Assembly (NCBI GenBank): GCA_045804645.1
Contig: JBJMMR010000006.1
Span: forward strand, 19,827 to 83,826
Reading direction: 5' to 3'
DNA: 64,000 bases
Source: Chloroflexota bacterium
Lineage (GTDB): Bacteria > Chloroflexota > Limnocylindria > Limnocylindrales > CSP1-4
The notes under the pieces are model-generated. The model did no database searches and had not been told where the DNA came from. It saw nothing but the letters and a program-made list of their open reading frames with translations. Of this stretch, positions 28,746 through 37,845 are shown in pieces; position 1 is the first letter of the stretch; each line of letters opens with the position of its first letter. The position numbers and the translations under genes are program-made.

Positions 28746-29672
28746 GGTCGCGACCCCTTGGAGAAGGCTGTCGGCCGTGGCACCGTCGGCGTACGAGGCC
28801 TGCGTCCCACGGCGGGTGACGCTGTCCGCCGCGGCAGCGCAGCCGAGACGGACCGCGTCGACCGGCGACCAGCCACTCGCAAGACCGACCGCGAACGCAC
28901 CGACGAACGCGTCACCGGCGCCCGTCGTATCGATCGCCTCGACGACCGGCGCCGGGACCCACTCCGCGCCTCCGTCGCGCGGCACGAGGAGCGCGCCTCG
29001 CTCGCCGAGCGTGACGATCAGCGAGACCGCCAGCCGGCTCGCGAAGGCGCGAACAGCGCGCGCATCGTCTTCACGTGAGCCACCCAGCGGCACCCCGGCG
29101 ATGAGCGCGAACTCGGGCACGTTCGGGACCAGCCAGTCCGTCACCGCGAGGAGACCTGGATCGACGGTTGCCGCCGGCGCCGGGTTCAGCACCGTGGTCG
29201 CCCCGACCCGGCGCGCCGTCTCAAAGGCCGCTGCTGTCGTCGGTTGCGGGATCTCGAACTGGCCGACGACCACATCCGGTCGGAACGCGTCGACGGCCTC
29301 GGCGGCGACCTCGGCGAGGACGTGCTCGTTCGCGCCCGGCACGATGATGATCCGGTTGGTGCCCCGGGCGTCGACCCAGATCGGCGCGACGCCCGACGAG
29401 CCCGGCACGCGGCGCATGAACCGGGTCTCGATCCCCTCTGAAGCGAGCTTCTCGAGATACGCGGTCCCGTGGTCGTCGTCGCCGAGCGTGTTGACCATGG
29501 CGACGTCGGCCCCGAACCGCGCTGCCATCACGGCCTGGTTGGCGCCCTTCCCACCGAAGCCGGTCAGGAAGCTCGTACCGAGCACGGTCTCGCCGTCCCC
29601 CGGGAGGCGATCGGCGTACGCGACGAGGTCGATCATGGTGCTGCCGACCACAACGATGCGGGGCGACGCCAT
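28743..29672 (-). CDS. rbsK: Ribokinase (PfkB family)
   Basis: ..RIVVVGSTMIDL..GGKGANQAVMAAR.. and ..DTTGAGDAFVGAF.. are present. GGAGG lies 8 nt upstream of the ATG at 29672. The ORF-track start at 29690 is a TTG that overlaps this Shine-Dalgarno sequence (29681..29685), so 29672 is the better start. Confidence 0.88.
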   Translation of the reverse strand: MASPRIVVVGSTMIDLVAYADRLPGDGETVLGTSFLTGFGGKGANQAVMAARFGADVAMVNTLGDDDHGTAYLEKLASEGIETRFMRRVPGSSGVAPIWVDARGTNRIIIVPGANEHVLAEVAAEAVDAFRPDVVVGQFEIPQPTTAAAFETARRVGATTVLNPAPAATVDPGLLAVTDWLVPNVPEFALIAGVPLGGSREDDARAVRAFASRLAVSLIVTLGERGALLVPRDGGAEWVPAPVVEAIDTTGAGDAFVGAFAVGLASGWSPVDAVRLGCAAAADSVTRRGTQASYADGATADSLLQGVAT

Positions 29673-29714
29673 CAGGAAGGCCTCCGGCAACGAAGCTGTG
29701 GCATCGCCGCCATC

Positions 29715-30530
29715 CTACGGTCCACGCCGGGCGGCGACGGCGTCGACGAAGGCGCGCTCGGTCGGCGTCGAGCCCAGCCCGAGACGGGCACCGAGCCGCG
29801 CCGCCAACGGCGGTTCGATGAACGTCGAAGCGAGCGTCGGCCAGGCCTCTTCGGCAAAGACATCCGCCGCCGAGCCGTCGAGGACGATCCGGCCACGGCG
29901 CATGACGACGACCCGCTCGAACGTCTCGGCGACGAAGCGCATGTCGTGGCTTATCGCGATCACGGTCCGGCCTGCCTCGAGCAGCGCTGCGACGAGCCCA
30001 CCGACCCGTCCGACGCCGCGAGCGTCCTGCCCGGTCGTCGGCTCGTCGAGCACGACGACCGGCGTCTCCATCGCGTAGACCGACGCCAGCGCGAGGAGCT
30101 TGCGCCGCGAATAGCCGATGTCGTACGGATTCTGATCGGCGACATCCGCCAACCCGACGAGCTCCAGGGCCTCGGCGACGGACGCGGCCACGCGCTCTGA
30201 GGTGCGACCGAGGATGCGTGGCCCGAACGCGACCTCGTCGCGGATCCGGCGCGAGAAGATCTGGCGTCCCGGGTCCTGGAACGCGATCCCGACCGCCGAG
30301 GCCAGCGCGGCAGTCCGTCGGCCCGAGGTGTCCACGCCGTCATGGAGCACGCGTCCCTCGGTCGGGCGTAGCAGCCCGTCGAGATGCCGCACCAGCGTCG
30401 ATTTGCCACTGCCGTTCTGACCGATGATCGCGACCGATGCCCCCGCACCGACATCGAGGTCGACGGCCTCGAGCGCGCGCGTCCCGTCGGGGTAGACGAA
30501 GCCGACGCTCTCGAGCGACACGCGGGTCAT
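29715..30530 (-). CDS. ecfA: ECF-transporter ATPase subunit (EcfA')
   Basis: The internal ATG gives MTRVSLESVGFVYPDG.., with Walker A GQNGSGKST and ..VVLDEPTTGQD.. also present. The start overlaps the upstream stop (ATGA). Confidence 0.88.
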   Translation of the reverse strand: MTRVSLESVGFVYPDGTRALEAVDLDVGAGASVAIIGQNGSGKSTLVRHLDGLLRPTEGRVLHDGVDTSGRRTAALASAVGIAFQDPGRQIFSRRIRDEVAFGPRILGRTSERVAASVAEALELVGLADVADQNPYDIGYSRRKLLALASVYAMETPVVVLDEPTTGQDARGVGRVGGLVAALLEAGRTVIAISHDMRFVAETFERVVVMRRGRIVLDGSAADVFAEEAWPTLASTFIEPPLAARLGARLGLGSTPTERAFVDAVAARRGP

Positions 30531-31327
30531 GTCCGAACGACCTCGGGATCGAGTCCGCGCTCGACGAGCGCCCGCTCGAGTCGGACCCGGCTCGGTGGCT
30601 CGACCCCGAAGCCCTCCAACGCTGGGTCGCCGAGGATATCGCCAGTCGGGCCTCCCGCGACCACCCGGCCGGCGTCGATCACGACGACCCGATGACACAT
30701 CTCGGCGAGCAGGTCGGTCTTGTGCTCCGCGACGAGCAGCCCCGTTCCGGCGTCCGCGAGTCGACGGAGGGCCTCACCGACCAGCCGCGTCCCTTCGGGA
30801 TCGAGCTGGGCCGTCGGTTCGTCGAGGACGAGGTAGGGCGGGCGCATCGCCAGCAGCGAGGCGAGCACGACGAGCTGCCCCTGACCGCCGGATAGCCGCC
30901 GCGGCGCTCGTTCGGCGAGCTCCTCGATACCGAGGGTCGCGAGCGCCGCCTTCGTCCGAGCGACCGTCTCCCGTGCGGGGAGGCCAAGGTCCATCGGACC
31001 GAGGGCGACCTCCTCGAAGACCGACCCGGCGACCCCGGACAGTTGTGTCGCCGGGTTCTGGAACCCGATGCCGACCTCGGTCGCGATCTCATGGAGCGGT
31101 CGCCCCGTCGTGGCCCGGTCGTCGATCTCCACAGCGCCGCTCGTCAGTTCGCCACCGATCGACCCCGGGGCGAGTCCCGACGCGACGAGACACAGCGTCG
31201 ACTTGCCGGACTCATTAGCGCCGACGACACCCACGATCTCGCCAGGAGCGAGCTCCAACGTGACGTCGTGCAGCACCGGCGTCGCATACCCAGGGTACCG
31301 ATAACCGACGCCTGAAAGTCGCAGCAT
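30527..31327 (-). CDS. ecfA: ECF-transporter ATPase subunit (EcfA)
   Basis: Walker A GANESGKST, signature LSGGQGQ, Walker B LVLDEPTAQLD. Confidence 0.9.
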   Translation of the reverse strand: MLRLSGVGYRYPGYATPVLHDVTLELAPGEIVGVVGANESGKSTLCLVASGLAPGSIGGELTSGAVEIDDRATTGRPLHEIATEVGIGFQNPATQLSGVAGSVFEEVALGPMDLGLPARETVARTKAALATLGIEELAERAPRRLSGGQGQLVVLASLLAMRPPYLVLDEPTAQLDPEGTRLVGEALRRLADAGTGLLVAEHKTDLLAEMCHRVVVIDAGRVVAGGPTGDILGDPALEGFGVEPPSRVRLERALVERGLDPEVVRT

Positions 31328-32145
31328 CAGCCGACGATGGGCAGCGGGAACCCCGCCACGCGGACGGCGACGGCCGCCACGAGTGCGAGGACCAGCACGG
31401 CCCGGAGGACGCGCTCACGACCTGAGTCCGGCATCGACCACAGGAGATGGCGGCGACCCGGACGGCTGAACGCCCGGGACTCGAGGGCGAGGCTTCGCTC
31501 TTCGACGTCAGTCAGCGACGTGATGACGGCCGGACCGACGAGCGGTAGGAGGCCGCGCAACCGCGCACGGACGCTCCCTTCCGTATCGAGCCCGCGGGCG
31601 CGCTGGCTCTCCGCGATCGTGGCCGCCCGCTCGACAAGCGTCGGGACCGCCTCGATCGTCGCGAGAGCCACGAACGTGAAGCGTGGCGGGACGCCACGGC
31701 GTTCGAGGTCGAACACGAATGCGCGCGCCTCGGTCGTCAAGATGAACAGCCCGATCGAGAGCGAGATCGTCAGAAGCCGGACGAGCGTCTGGGCGGCGAA
31801 ATCGACGCCCTCGAGCGTCGCATCGAACGGGCCGATGGTGAACAGCACGGTCGAGCCGGGTCGCGTGAAGACGCTCACGAGGACCACCGACACGGCGATC
31901 GGGAGGCTCAGCAGCAAGCTCGCCCGAAGGAGGGCTCGGGCGACGCCGGCCGCCCGCGCGGCGAGCAGCATCGCGACGCTGATCGCGATCGGGCCGACGT
32001 AGCCGCCAAGGACGAATGCGCCGATCGACGCCACGGTCGCGATGACGGCCTTGGTCAGCGGGTTCAGCCGGTGATAGGCGGATGGGGTCGGCGGGACCAG
32101 CCGGGCGATGAACGACGCGTCGACCGGGTCGAGATCGTCGGCCAG
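31327..32145 (-). CDS. ecfT: ECF-transporter transmembrane (T) component, CbiQ/EcfT family. The start is unresolved; 32145 is a CTG.
   Basis: ..SAYHRLNPLTKAV.. lies near the N-terminus, and the coupling-helix motifs ..ESQRARGL.. and ..ALESRAF.. are present. No ATG, GTG or TTG exists between the upstream stop (32172) and the conserved N-terminal motif. Confidence 0.75.
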   Translation of the reverse strand: MADDLDPVDASFIARLVPPTPSAYHRLNPLTKAVIATVASIGAFVLGGYVGPIAISVAMLLAARAAGVARALLRASLLLSLPIAVSVVLVSVFTRPGSTVLFTIGPFDATLEGVDFAAQTLVRLLTISLSIGLFILTTEARAFVFDLERRGVPPRFTFVALATIEAVPTLVERAATIAESQRARGLDTEGSVRARLRGLLPLVGPAVITSLTDVEERSLALESRAFSRPGRRHLLWSMPDSGRERVLRAVLVLALVAAVAVRVAGFPLPIVG

Positions 32146-32171
32146 GTCGGCCCAGACCGACGGCGGGCGGC

Positions 32172-33026
32172 CTACGCGACCTCCAGGCTGACCGCCTTCT
32201 CGCCCTGCGGGAACCGCGCGATGAAGCGGCGGGACAGCGTCTGCAGCAGAACGAACACGACGAAGAACGTGACGGTCTTGTCGATCGGGTCGGAGAGGAG
32301 GCCCTGCTGGAGGACGGCGGTCCTGAGGTCCGAGCCGGCCTGCTGGAAGGCGGCGACGAGGAAGTCGGTTCCGGACCCGGTGACGCCACCGAACACCCCG
32401 GCCGCGATCGGCGCCGAGATGATCGCCGAGATGATCCCGCACACGAGGCCGGCCACCGCGACGAACGCGACGCCGAGGTCACGACGGACGATCAGCAATG
32501 CCATCAGCCCGACGATCGCCCCGATGATCAGGATCGCGATGAGGTAGGCCAGGATCGTGAAGAAGGTGTCGGCCTGGGCCGCCGGGTTGAAGAACGTGAA
32601 GTCTTTGCCAGCGTAGAACGGGATGAATCCGTAGAAGCCGATCGCGCCGAGCACCAGCACGACGATGACTGCCGCAAGGACGACGCGGACCCAGTCGGCG
32701 TTCGGGCGGCTGCGCATGAAGCCCCACTGCGCGACGAGCCCCGAGTAGAAGCCGATGAACGATGCCGTGATCGCGAACGGCGCCGCGAAATCGTTGTGGA
32801 AGGGCGGCGGCAGCACGTATGTCCAGAGCAGGTTCGACAGCAGCCCAGTCGCGAGACCCGGGATCGGACCGGCCAGGACGCCGACCAGCACCGTGCCGAT
32901 CGAGTCGAGGTAGATCGGGATCTTCAGCACCGACGCGATCGTCTGCCCGAGGACGATGTTGACGGCGATCGCGATCGGCATGAGGACGAGCGTCCTCGTA
33001 TCGAACCGGCCCCAGCTGACGCCCAT
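32172..33026 (-). CDS. ECF-type substrate-capture (S) component of unknown specificity, unusually long (284 aa)
   Basis: MGVSWGRFDTRTLVLMPIAIAVNIVLGQ..IYLDSIGTVLVGVLAGPIPGLATGLLSNLLW.. resembles PF12822-type S components. GGAG lies 8 nt upstream of the ATG at 33026. Confidence 0.65.
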   Translation of the reverse strand: MGVSWGRFDTRTLVLMPIAIAVNIVLGQTIASVLKIPIYLDSIGTVLVGVLAGPIPGLATGLLSNLLWTYVLPPPFHNDFAAPFAITASFIGFYSGLVAQWGFMRSRPNADWVRVVLAAVIVVLVLGAIGFYGFIPFYAGKDFTFFNPAAQADTFFTILAYLIAILIIGAIVGLMALLIVRRDLGVAFVAVAGLVCGIISAIISAPIAAGVFGGVTGSGTDFLVAAFQQAGSDLRTAVLQQGLLSDPIDKTVTFFVVFVLLQTLSRRFIARFPQGEKAVSLEVA

Positions 33027-33125
33027 CCGCGCTCTCCTTGCCCTGCCTTGACGACCCATCGCGGCCGTTCGGCGACCTCCCGCCGTAGCGTGCCACAGCG
33101 CTCACGCGTCGGCGCGGCGAGCCGG

Positions 33126-34007
33126 TCAGGCGCTCTTCGACGCGTCCGCGGCGGTGCCGTACAACTGGCGACGTGGCAGACCCGTGTCGGCGGCGACGCG
33201 TCGGGCAGCTTCGCCACGGGCCACGCCCTCCGCGACGAGTCGTTCGACCGCCGCCCTGGCAGCGACGAGATCGCCGCCGCGCCCGCTCGTGCCTGATGCC
33301 ACGTCGCCCATCCCGACGACGATCACGAATTCGCCACGCGTCGGGATGTCCCCGTCAGCGACCGCGGTCGCCAGCGCGCCAAGCGTCCCGCGCTCGATCT
33401 GCTCGTGCACCTTGGTGAGTTCGCGCGCGACGGCGCCCGAGCGGTCCTCGCCGCATGCGGCCGCGAGATCCCGAAGCGTGGCTGCTACCCGGCTCGGCGC
33501 CTCGAACAGGACCGTCCCTCGTGGGTCGCCGGCGATCGCCGCCATCCGCTCGCGGCGTCCGCGGCCGCTCCTCGGCAGAAAGCCCTCGAACGCCCAACGT
33601 GGCCCGGTGACGCCGGACGCAGCGACAGCAGCCAGCACCGCCGACGCGCCCGGGATCGGGACCACCCGTCCGCCGTCTGCGGCCCACGCCGCGACGAGAT
33701 CGCCGCCGGGATCGCTGATAGCGGGTGTCCCAGCGTCGGTCACGAGGGCCAGGTCGTCGCCCGCACGCAGATGGGCGAGGAGCTCGTCCAGGCGGGCGGG
33801 GGCGCTTCGGGCATGGAAGCTGATCGAACGCGTCTGGATCGCGTGTCGCTCAAGCAGCCGGCGGGTGAGGCGAGTGTCCTCGGCGGCGATCAAGGGAACG
33901 TCGCGCAGCACGTCGATGGCGCGCAGGGTGATGTCGGAGAGGTTGCCGATGGGTGTCGCGACGACGTAGAGGGTCCCGCCGCCGTGGTCCGTGTCAGACG
34001 ACGACAA
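33126..34007 (-). CDS. rsmI: 16S rRNA (cytidine1402-2'-O)-methyltransferase, TTG start
   Basis: GTLYVVATPIGNLSDITLRAIDVLRDVPLIAAEDTR.., ..LVTDAGTPAISDPG.. Confidence 0.9.
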   Translation of the reverse strand: MSSSDTDHGGGTLYVVATPIGNLSDITLRAIDVLRDVPLIAAEDTRLTRRLLERHAIQTRSISFHARSAPARLDELLAHLRAGDDLALVTDAGTPAISDPGGDLVAAWAADGGRVVPIPGASAVLAAVAASGVTGPRWAFEGFLPRSGRGRRERMAAIAGDPRGTVLFEAPSRVAATLRDLAAACGEDRSGAVARELTKVHEQIERGTLGALATAVADGDIPTRGEFVIVVGMGDVASGTSGRGGDLVAARAAVERLVAEGVARGEAARRVAADTGLPRRQLYGTAADASKSA

Positions 34008-34010
34008 CCG

Positions 34011-34880
34011 TCAGGTGCGGGGCGTCCGCGCCGAACCCGGCCGTCGGCGCGGATAGAGATAATCGACACCGGCCGTCCGCGGCCCGAGCTTCGCGATCGG
34101 CGGGACCTGTCGCTTGAACTCTGCCCCGGCGACCATGAGGTCGACCCGCTCGACCGTGTCCTTCGCGAACCCGAGCGCGGCCATCTCGTCGATCGAGCGG
34201 CGCTTGTCGATCCGCCAGAAGAGCATGCGATCGAGCGTCGGGTAATCGAAGCCGGCCTCGGTCTCGTCCGTCTGACCGGGCCACAGATCGGCCGACGGCG
34301 CCTTCCGGATGATCTCGTCGGGCACGCCGATGGCGGCCGCCAACTGGCGGACCTGGCTCTTGTACAGGTCACCGATCGGGTTGAACGCGCACGCGTTGTC
34401 CCCGAAGACCGTCGTGTACCCGATGAGTGACTCCGTCTTGTTGCCGGTCCCCACGACGAGGCCACCCCACGTCACGGAGCGGTCGTACAGGACCGCCATC
34501 CGCTGGCGAGCCATGAAGTTGCCACGGCGCAGCGAGGAGGCGTCGCTCTCAGGACCGAAGAACCCATCGACCATCGGCGTGATATCGACGAGCTCGGACG
34601 GCGTCCCCAGGCGACGGACGACCTCCTCGGCGTCCTCGCGCGAGGCTGGCGACGAGGTGCGATACGGCATCAGGACGCACAAGAGCTGTTCGGCTCCGAT
34701 GGCGTCGGCGACGAGGAACGCGACGAGGGCCGAGTCGATGCCCCCCGACAGACCGAGGACTGCCCGCTCGAATCCAGCCTGCCGTAGCTGGCCACGGACG
34801 AACTCGCCGATGACCCGCCGCGCGACATCGGTATCGATCGCGAGCTCGGTCGGCAGCTCGAAGGCCACTGGTGCGGTCAT
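34011..34880 (-). CDS. nadE: NAD+ synthetase, synthetase (ATP-PPase) subunit
   Basis: The PP-loop GLSGGIDSALVA and ..GTGNKTESLIGYTT.. are present. The ATG overlaps the stop of the upstream CN-hydrolase gene (ATGA). Confidence 0.9.
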   Translation of the reverse strand: MTAPVAFELPTELAIDTDVARRVIGEFVRGQLRQAGFERAVLGLSGGIDSALVAFLVADAIGAEQLLCVLMPYRTSSPASREDAEEVVRRLGTPSELVDITPMVDGFFGPESDASSLRRGNFMARQRMAVLYDRSVTWGGLVVGTGNKTESLIGYTTVFGDNACAFNPIGDLYKSQVRQLAAAIGVPDEIIRKAPSADLWPGQTDETEAGFDYPTLDRMLFWRIDKRRSIDEMAALGFAKDTVERVDLMVAGAEFKRQVPPIAKLGPRTAGVDYLYPRRRPGSARTPRT

Positions 34881-35866
34881 CCGCCGGAGCCTCCGCTCGC
34901 GCGCCGGAACCCGATCGGATGTGGCGTTCGGTCGCCCGGTGCGACGTCGAGCCCCATCTCCGCTTCGGGATCGCTCGTCGAGTCGTGCGCAAGTCCCGCC
35001 CGTTCAGCCACGATCCGCGACAGCTCTCGGACCTGGAACTCCGGCCGCTCGTCACGTAGCAGTGGCAGCGCCACGCGCTCACGCCGGATATCCGCCGTGG
35101 CGAGGTCGGTGACGAACAGCCCCTCGTCGTACAGCGGCGCCGTGAAGATCGCTGCTCCGGACGGTCCGATGACCTCTGAGCCGCCCCAGAACGAGATCGA
35201 CTCGTCCACGCCGACCCGATTGCAGAACACGACGAACGTCGTCGTCAGCTGGGCGTAGGTCCGCATCAGCGTCCGCCACGACGTGGCCGTCCCGAGACCG
35301 ACCTCGTTCGTCGCCGCGAGGTCTCGGCCGGGCGACGACGAGACATTCACGAGGATCTGCGCGCCGTCGAGCGCGAGGATCTGCGGCACCGTCAGATGCC
35401 AGAAGTCTTCGCAGATCGCGATGCCCATCCCGACGCCGAGTCGCGATGGCACCGCGCGGAGGACATCGCCGTGGGCGAAGAACCGCCGCTCATCGAACAA
35501 CCCGTAGGTCGGCAGGAAGAGCTTGCGATGGACGTGCCGGACCTCCCCGTCCTCGAGCAGCGCCGCGGCGATGAACAGCCGGTGGTCGGCCGATTCCTCG
35601 ACGAACGACACGATGACCGACAGGTCCTCGGTTGCAGCAGCAAGGTCGGCAAGCCGGGGGTCGTCGAGCCGGATCGAGACCTCGGCGGCGAGGTCCTGGA
35701 GCTGGTAGCCGGTCAGCCCGAGCTCCGGGAAGACGACGAGGTCGGCTTCCTTCGAACGGGCCTCGTCGATCAGCTCGTGGTGCCGCGCGAGGTTGGCGTC
35801 GAACTGGCCGAGCGCGGGCGCGATCTGCGCGAGGGCCACGCGCACCGTCTGCATGCGGCCGAGCAT
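34877..35866 (-). CDS. Carbon-nitrogen hydrolase (nitrilase superfamily), probably the glutaminase partner of NadE. An alternative ATG lies at 35854.
   Basis: ..VRVALAQIAP..ADLVVFPELGLTGY.. (Glu) and ..GIAICEDFWH.. (Cys) are present. The gene is translationally coupled to nadE. Confidence 0.82.
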   Translation of the reverse strand: MLGRMQTVRVALAQIAPALGQFDANLARHHELIDEARSKEADLVVFPELGLTGYQLQDLAAEVSIRLDDPRLADLAAATEDLSVIVSFVEESADHRLFIAAALLEDGEVRHVHRKLFLPTYGLFDERRFFAHGDVLRAVPSRLGVGMGIAICEDFWHLTVPQILALDGAQILVNVSSSPGRDLAATNEVGLGTATSWRTLMRTYAQLTTTFVVFCNRVGVDESISFWGGSEVIGPSGAAIFTAPLYDEGLFVTDLATADIRRERVALPLLRDERPEFQVRELSRIVAERAGLAHDSTSDPEAEMGLDVAPGDRTPHPIGFRRASGGSGG

Positions 35867-35882
35867 ACGCGAACCCGACTGC

Positions 35883-35888
35883 TAGGCT
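35883..35888 (+). promoter_or_regulatory. -10-like hexamer TAGGCT, 8 nt upstream of the SBP1 ATG (leaderless or near-leaderless)
   Basis: TAGGCT-acgcgccg-ATG. The whole divergent intergenic region is only 30 nt. Confidence 0.35.
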
Positions 35889-35896
35889 ACGCGCCG

Positions 35897-37675
35897 ATGT
35901 CACGACCCCCACGGCCCGGCCGCCTCCTCGCGGCCGGCTTGGTGACGATCAGCGTCATCGTCGGGTGCGCCGGTCCATCGCCCTCGACGAGCCCCGATGC
36001 ATCCCTCCTCCCTGGCCCGAGCGGGAGCTCAGCGTTCCCGACGGCGCCGCCGACCACGGGCGTGTTCACGCCGATGAAGTACCCAGCGGGAGGGCCAGCG
36101 CCGTGCGAGGAGCCCGCGAGCGCGGACGCCGCGTACGGCCCGTATGCCGGATCGCTCCGGCGCGTCTTCGCGCGGGATGCGTCGACCGTCGTCTTCGAGC
36201 TATGCGATGCCGATCCGGCGTTCCTTTCGAAGATCGCGTCGCCCGCCCTCGCCATCGATGACACTGCGTGGCTGCAGAGCCACGTCGATCCGACCGCGCA
36301 GCAGCAGCCCATCCTGACCCAGGTGAACGGGACCGGCCCGTTCCGACTCGATGCCTGGGACGGCTCTGGCGATATCACCCTGCGCCGGTCCGACACCTAC
36401 TGGGGCACGCCCGCGTTGACGCCATCGATGATCTTCGTCGGCGAGCCGGACGCCGGCCAGCGACTCTCGAAGCTGCGCGAGGGGTCGGTCGATGCGGTCG
36501 ATGAGCTGGCACCAGCCGACGTCGAGGCCGCCGAGGCGAACCCCGACCTGACCCTGACACCGCGCCAGGGTCTCAACACCGGGTACATCGGGTTCGACAA
36601 CCGGTTCGCGCCGTTCGACAACGAGACCGTGCGCCGGGCGATCGCGATCGGCATCGATCGAGCGGCGATCGTGAACGCCAGCTTTCCCCCGGGAGCGCAG
36701 CTCGCGACCCATTTCCTGCCGTGCGCGATCCCGGCCGGATGCGGTGGCGACCCGTGGCCCGAGATGGACGCCGAGGCCGCCCGTGATCTCCTCGCCGATG
36801 TCGGCTTCGGCGACGGCTTCCGCTCCACGATCAGCTTTCCCCAGGAGCCGCGGGACTACCTCCCCGATCCGAACGCGACAGCCGTCGCCCTCCAGTCGCA
36901 ACTGAAGGACCAGCTCGGTATCACGACGACCTTGAACCCGATGCCGTTCGACGACCTTGTCGCGGCGGCCGACTCGGGCAAGCTCGACGGGTTCTACCTG
37001 CTCGGCGCGCGCGCGCGGTACCCCGATGCTGGACTGCTCCTCGATAGCCACTTCGGTCCGGGAGCCAGCCTCCAGTTCGGCAATCGTTTCGATGACATCG
37101 GGCGGTGGCTCGGGCGCGGCCGGACGGGGAACGCCAAAGCGCGCGCCAAGGGCTACGCCGGCGTCAACGACCTGATCCGCAGGCACGTGCCGATGGTCCC
37201 GCTGGCCCACGTCGGCACTGTCGGGGCATTCCGCACCGACGTCACCGGCAAGCAGGCGAGCGCCACCGCGACGGATCGCTTCTCGACGGTCCTCCCCGGC
37301 GACCGCACCCAGTTCGTCTACATGCAGCACGACCGCCCCGGCAGCCTGTTCTGCGCCGACGAGACCGACGATGTCGCGCTGCGGATCTGCGCTCAGCTGT
37401 CGGAGTCGCTCTACCGGCACGACATCCCGGACCCTGCGCTGACTCCGTCCCTCGCGACGGCGTGCAAACCGGACGCCGACCTGACGGTCTGGACCTGCAC
37501 ATTGCGCGACGGCGTGACGTTCCACGATGGGTCGACGCTCGATGCGAACGACGTCGTCCTCTCCTATGCGATCCGTTGGGATGCGGCGCATCCGTTGCAC
37601 CACGGTCGGGAGGGGACGTTCCAGGCCTTCGTCGATCGCTTCGGCGGCTTCCTCCACCCGCCCGCGGAACCCTGA
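35897..37675 (+). CDS. ABC transporter solute-binding lipoprotein, family 5 (DppA/OppA-like), with a circularly permuted domain order
   Basis: Signal peptide and lipobox: MSRPPRPGRLLAAGLVTISVIVGC. Family-5 core: ..NGTGPFRLDAW..YWG... The normally N-terminal module (..LTVWTCTLRDGVTFHDGSTLDANDVVLSY..) sits at the C-terminus. Confidence 0.88.
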   Translation: MSRPPRPGRLLAAGLVTISVIVGCAGPSPSTSPDASLLPGPSGSSAFPTAPPTTGVFTPMKYPAGGPAPCEEPASADAAYGPYAGSLRRVFARDASTVVFELCDADPAFLSKIASPALAIDDTAWLQSHVDPTAQQQPILTQVNGTGPFRLDAWDGSGDITLRRSDTYWGTPALTPSMIFVGEPDAGQRLSKLREGSVDAVDELAPADVEAAEANPDLTLTPRQGLNTGYIGFDNRFAPFDNETVRRAIAIGIDRAAIVNASFPPGAQLATHFLPCAIPAGCGGDPWPEMDAEAARDLLADVGFGDGFRSTISFPQEPRDYLPDPNATAVALQSQLKDQLGITTTLNPMPFDDLVAAADSGKLDGFYLLGARARYPDAGLLLDSHFGPGASLQFGNRFDDIGRWLGRGRTGNAKARAKGYAGVNDLIRRHVPMVPLAHVGTVGAFRTDVTGKQASATATDRFSTVLPGDRTQFVYMQHDRPGSLFCADETDDVALRICAQLSESLYRHDIPDPALTPSLATACKPDADLTVWTCTLRDGVTFHDGSTLDANDVVLSYAIRWDAAHPLHHGREGTFQAFVDRFGGFLHPPAEP

Positions 37676-37845
37676 GATCGCCCTTCTTCGAGCCGCAGCG
37701 AGCCCCTAGCAAAGGTGGGGAAACGGGTGCTAAGGTTCCCGCGCACCGTCGCCGGAACGGACGCCGGCGTCGATCCATGTCCCAGGTTGGTCGGCTCAGG
37801 GAGGATGACGGGCGACCCTCGGGACTTTTAGAGGAGAACCAGCGC

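Noticed and set aside
33027-33125. Vitamin riboswitch (TPP, FMN, cobalamin, preQ1) upstream of the ECF S component.
   Set aside because: The spacer is only 99 nt and lacks CUGAGA/ACCUGA (TPP) or any other recognisable core. The ECF genes may instead be co-transcribed with rsmI.
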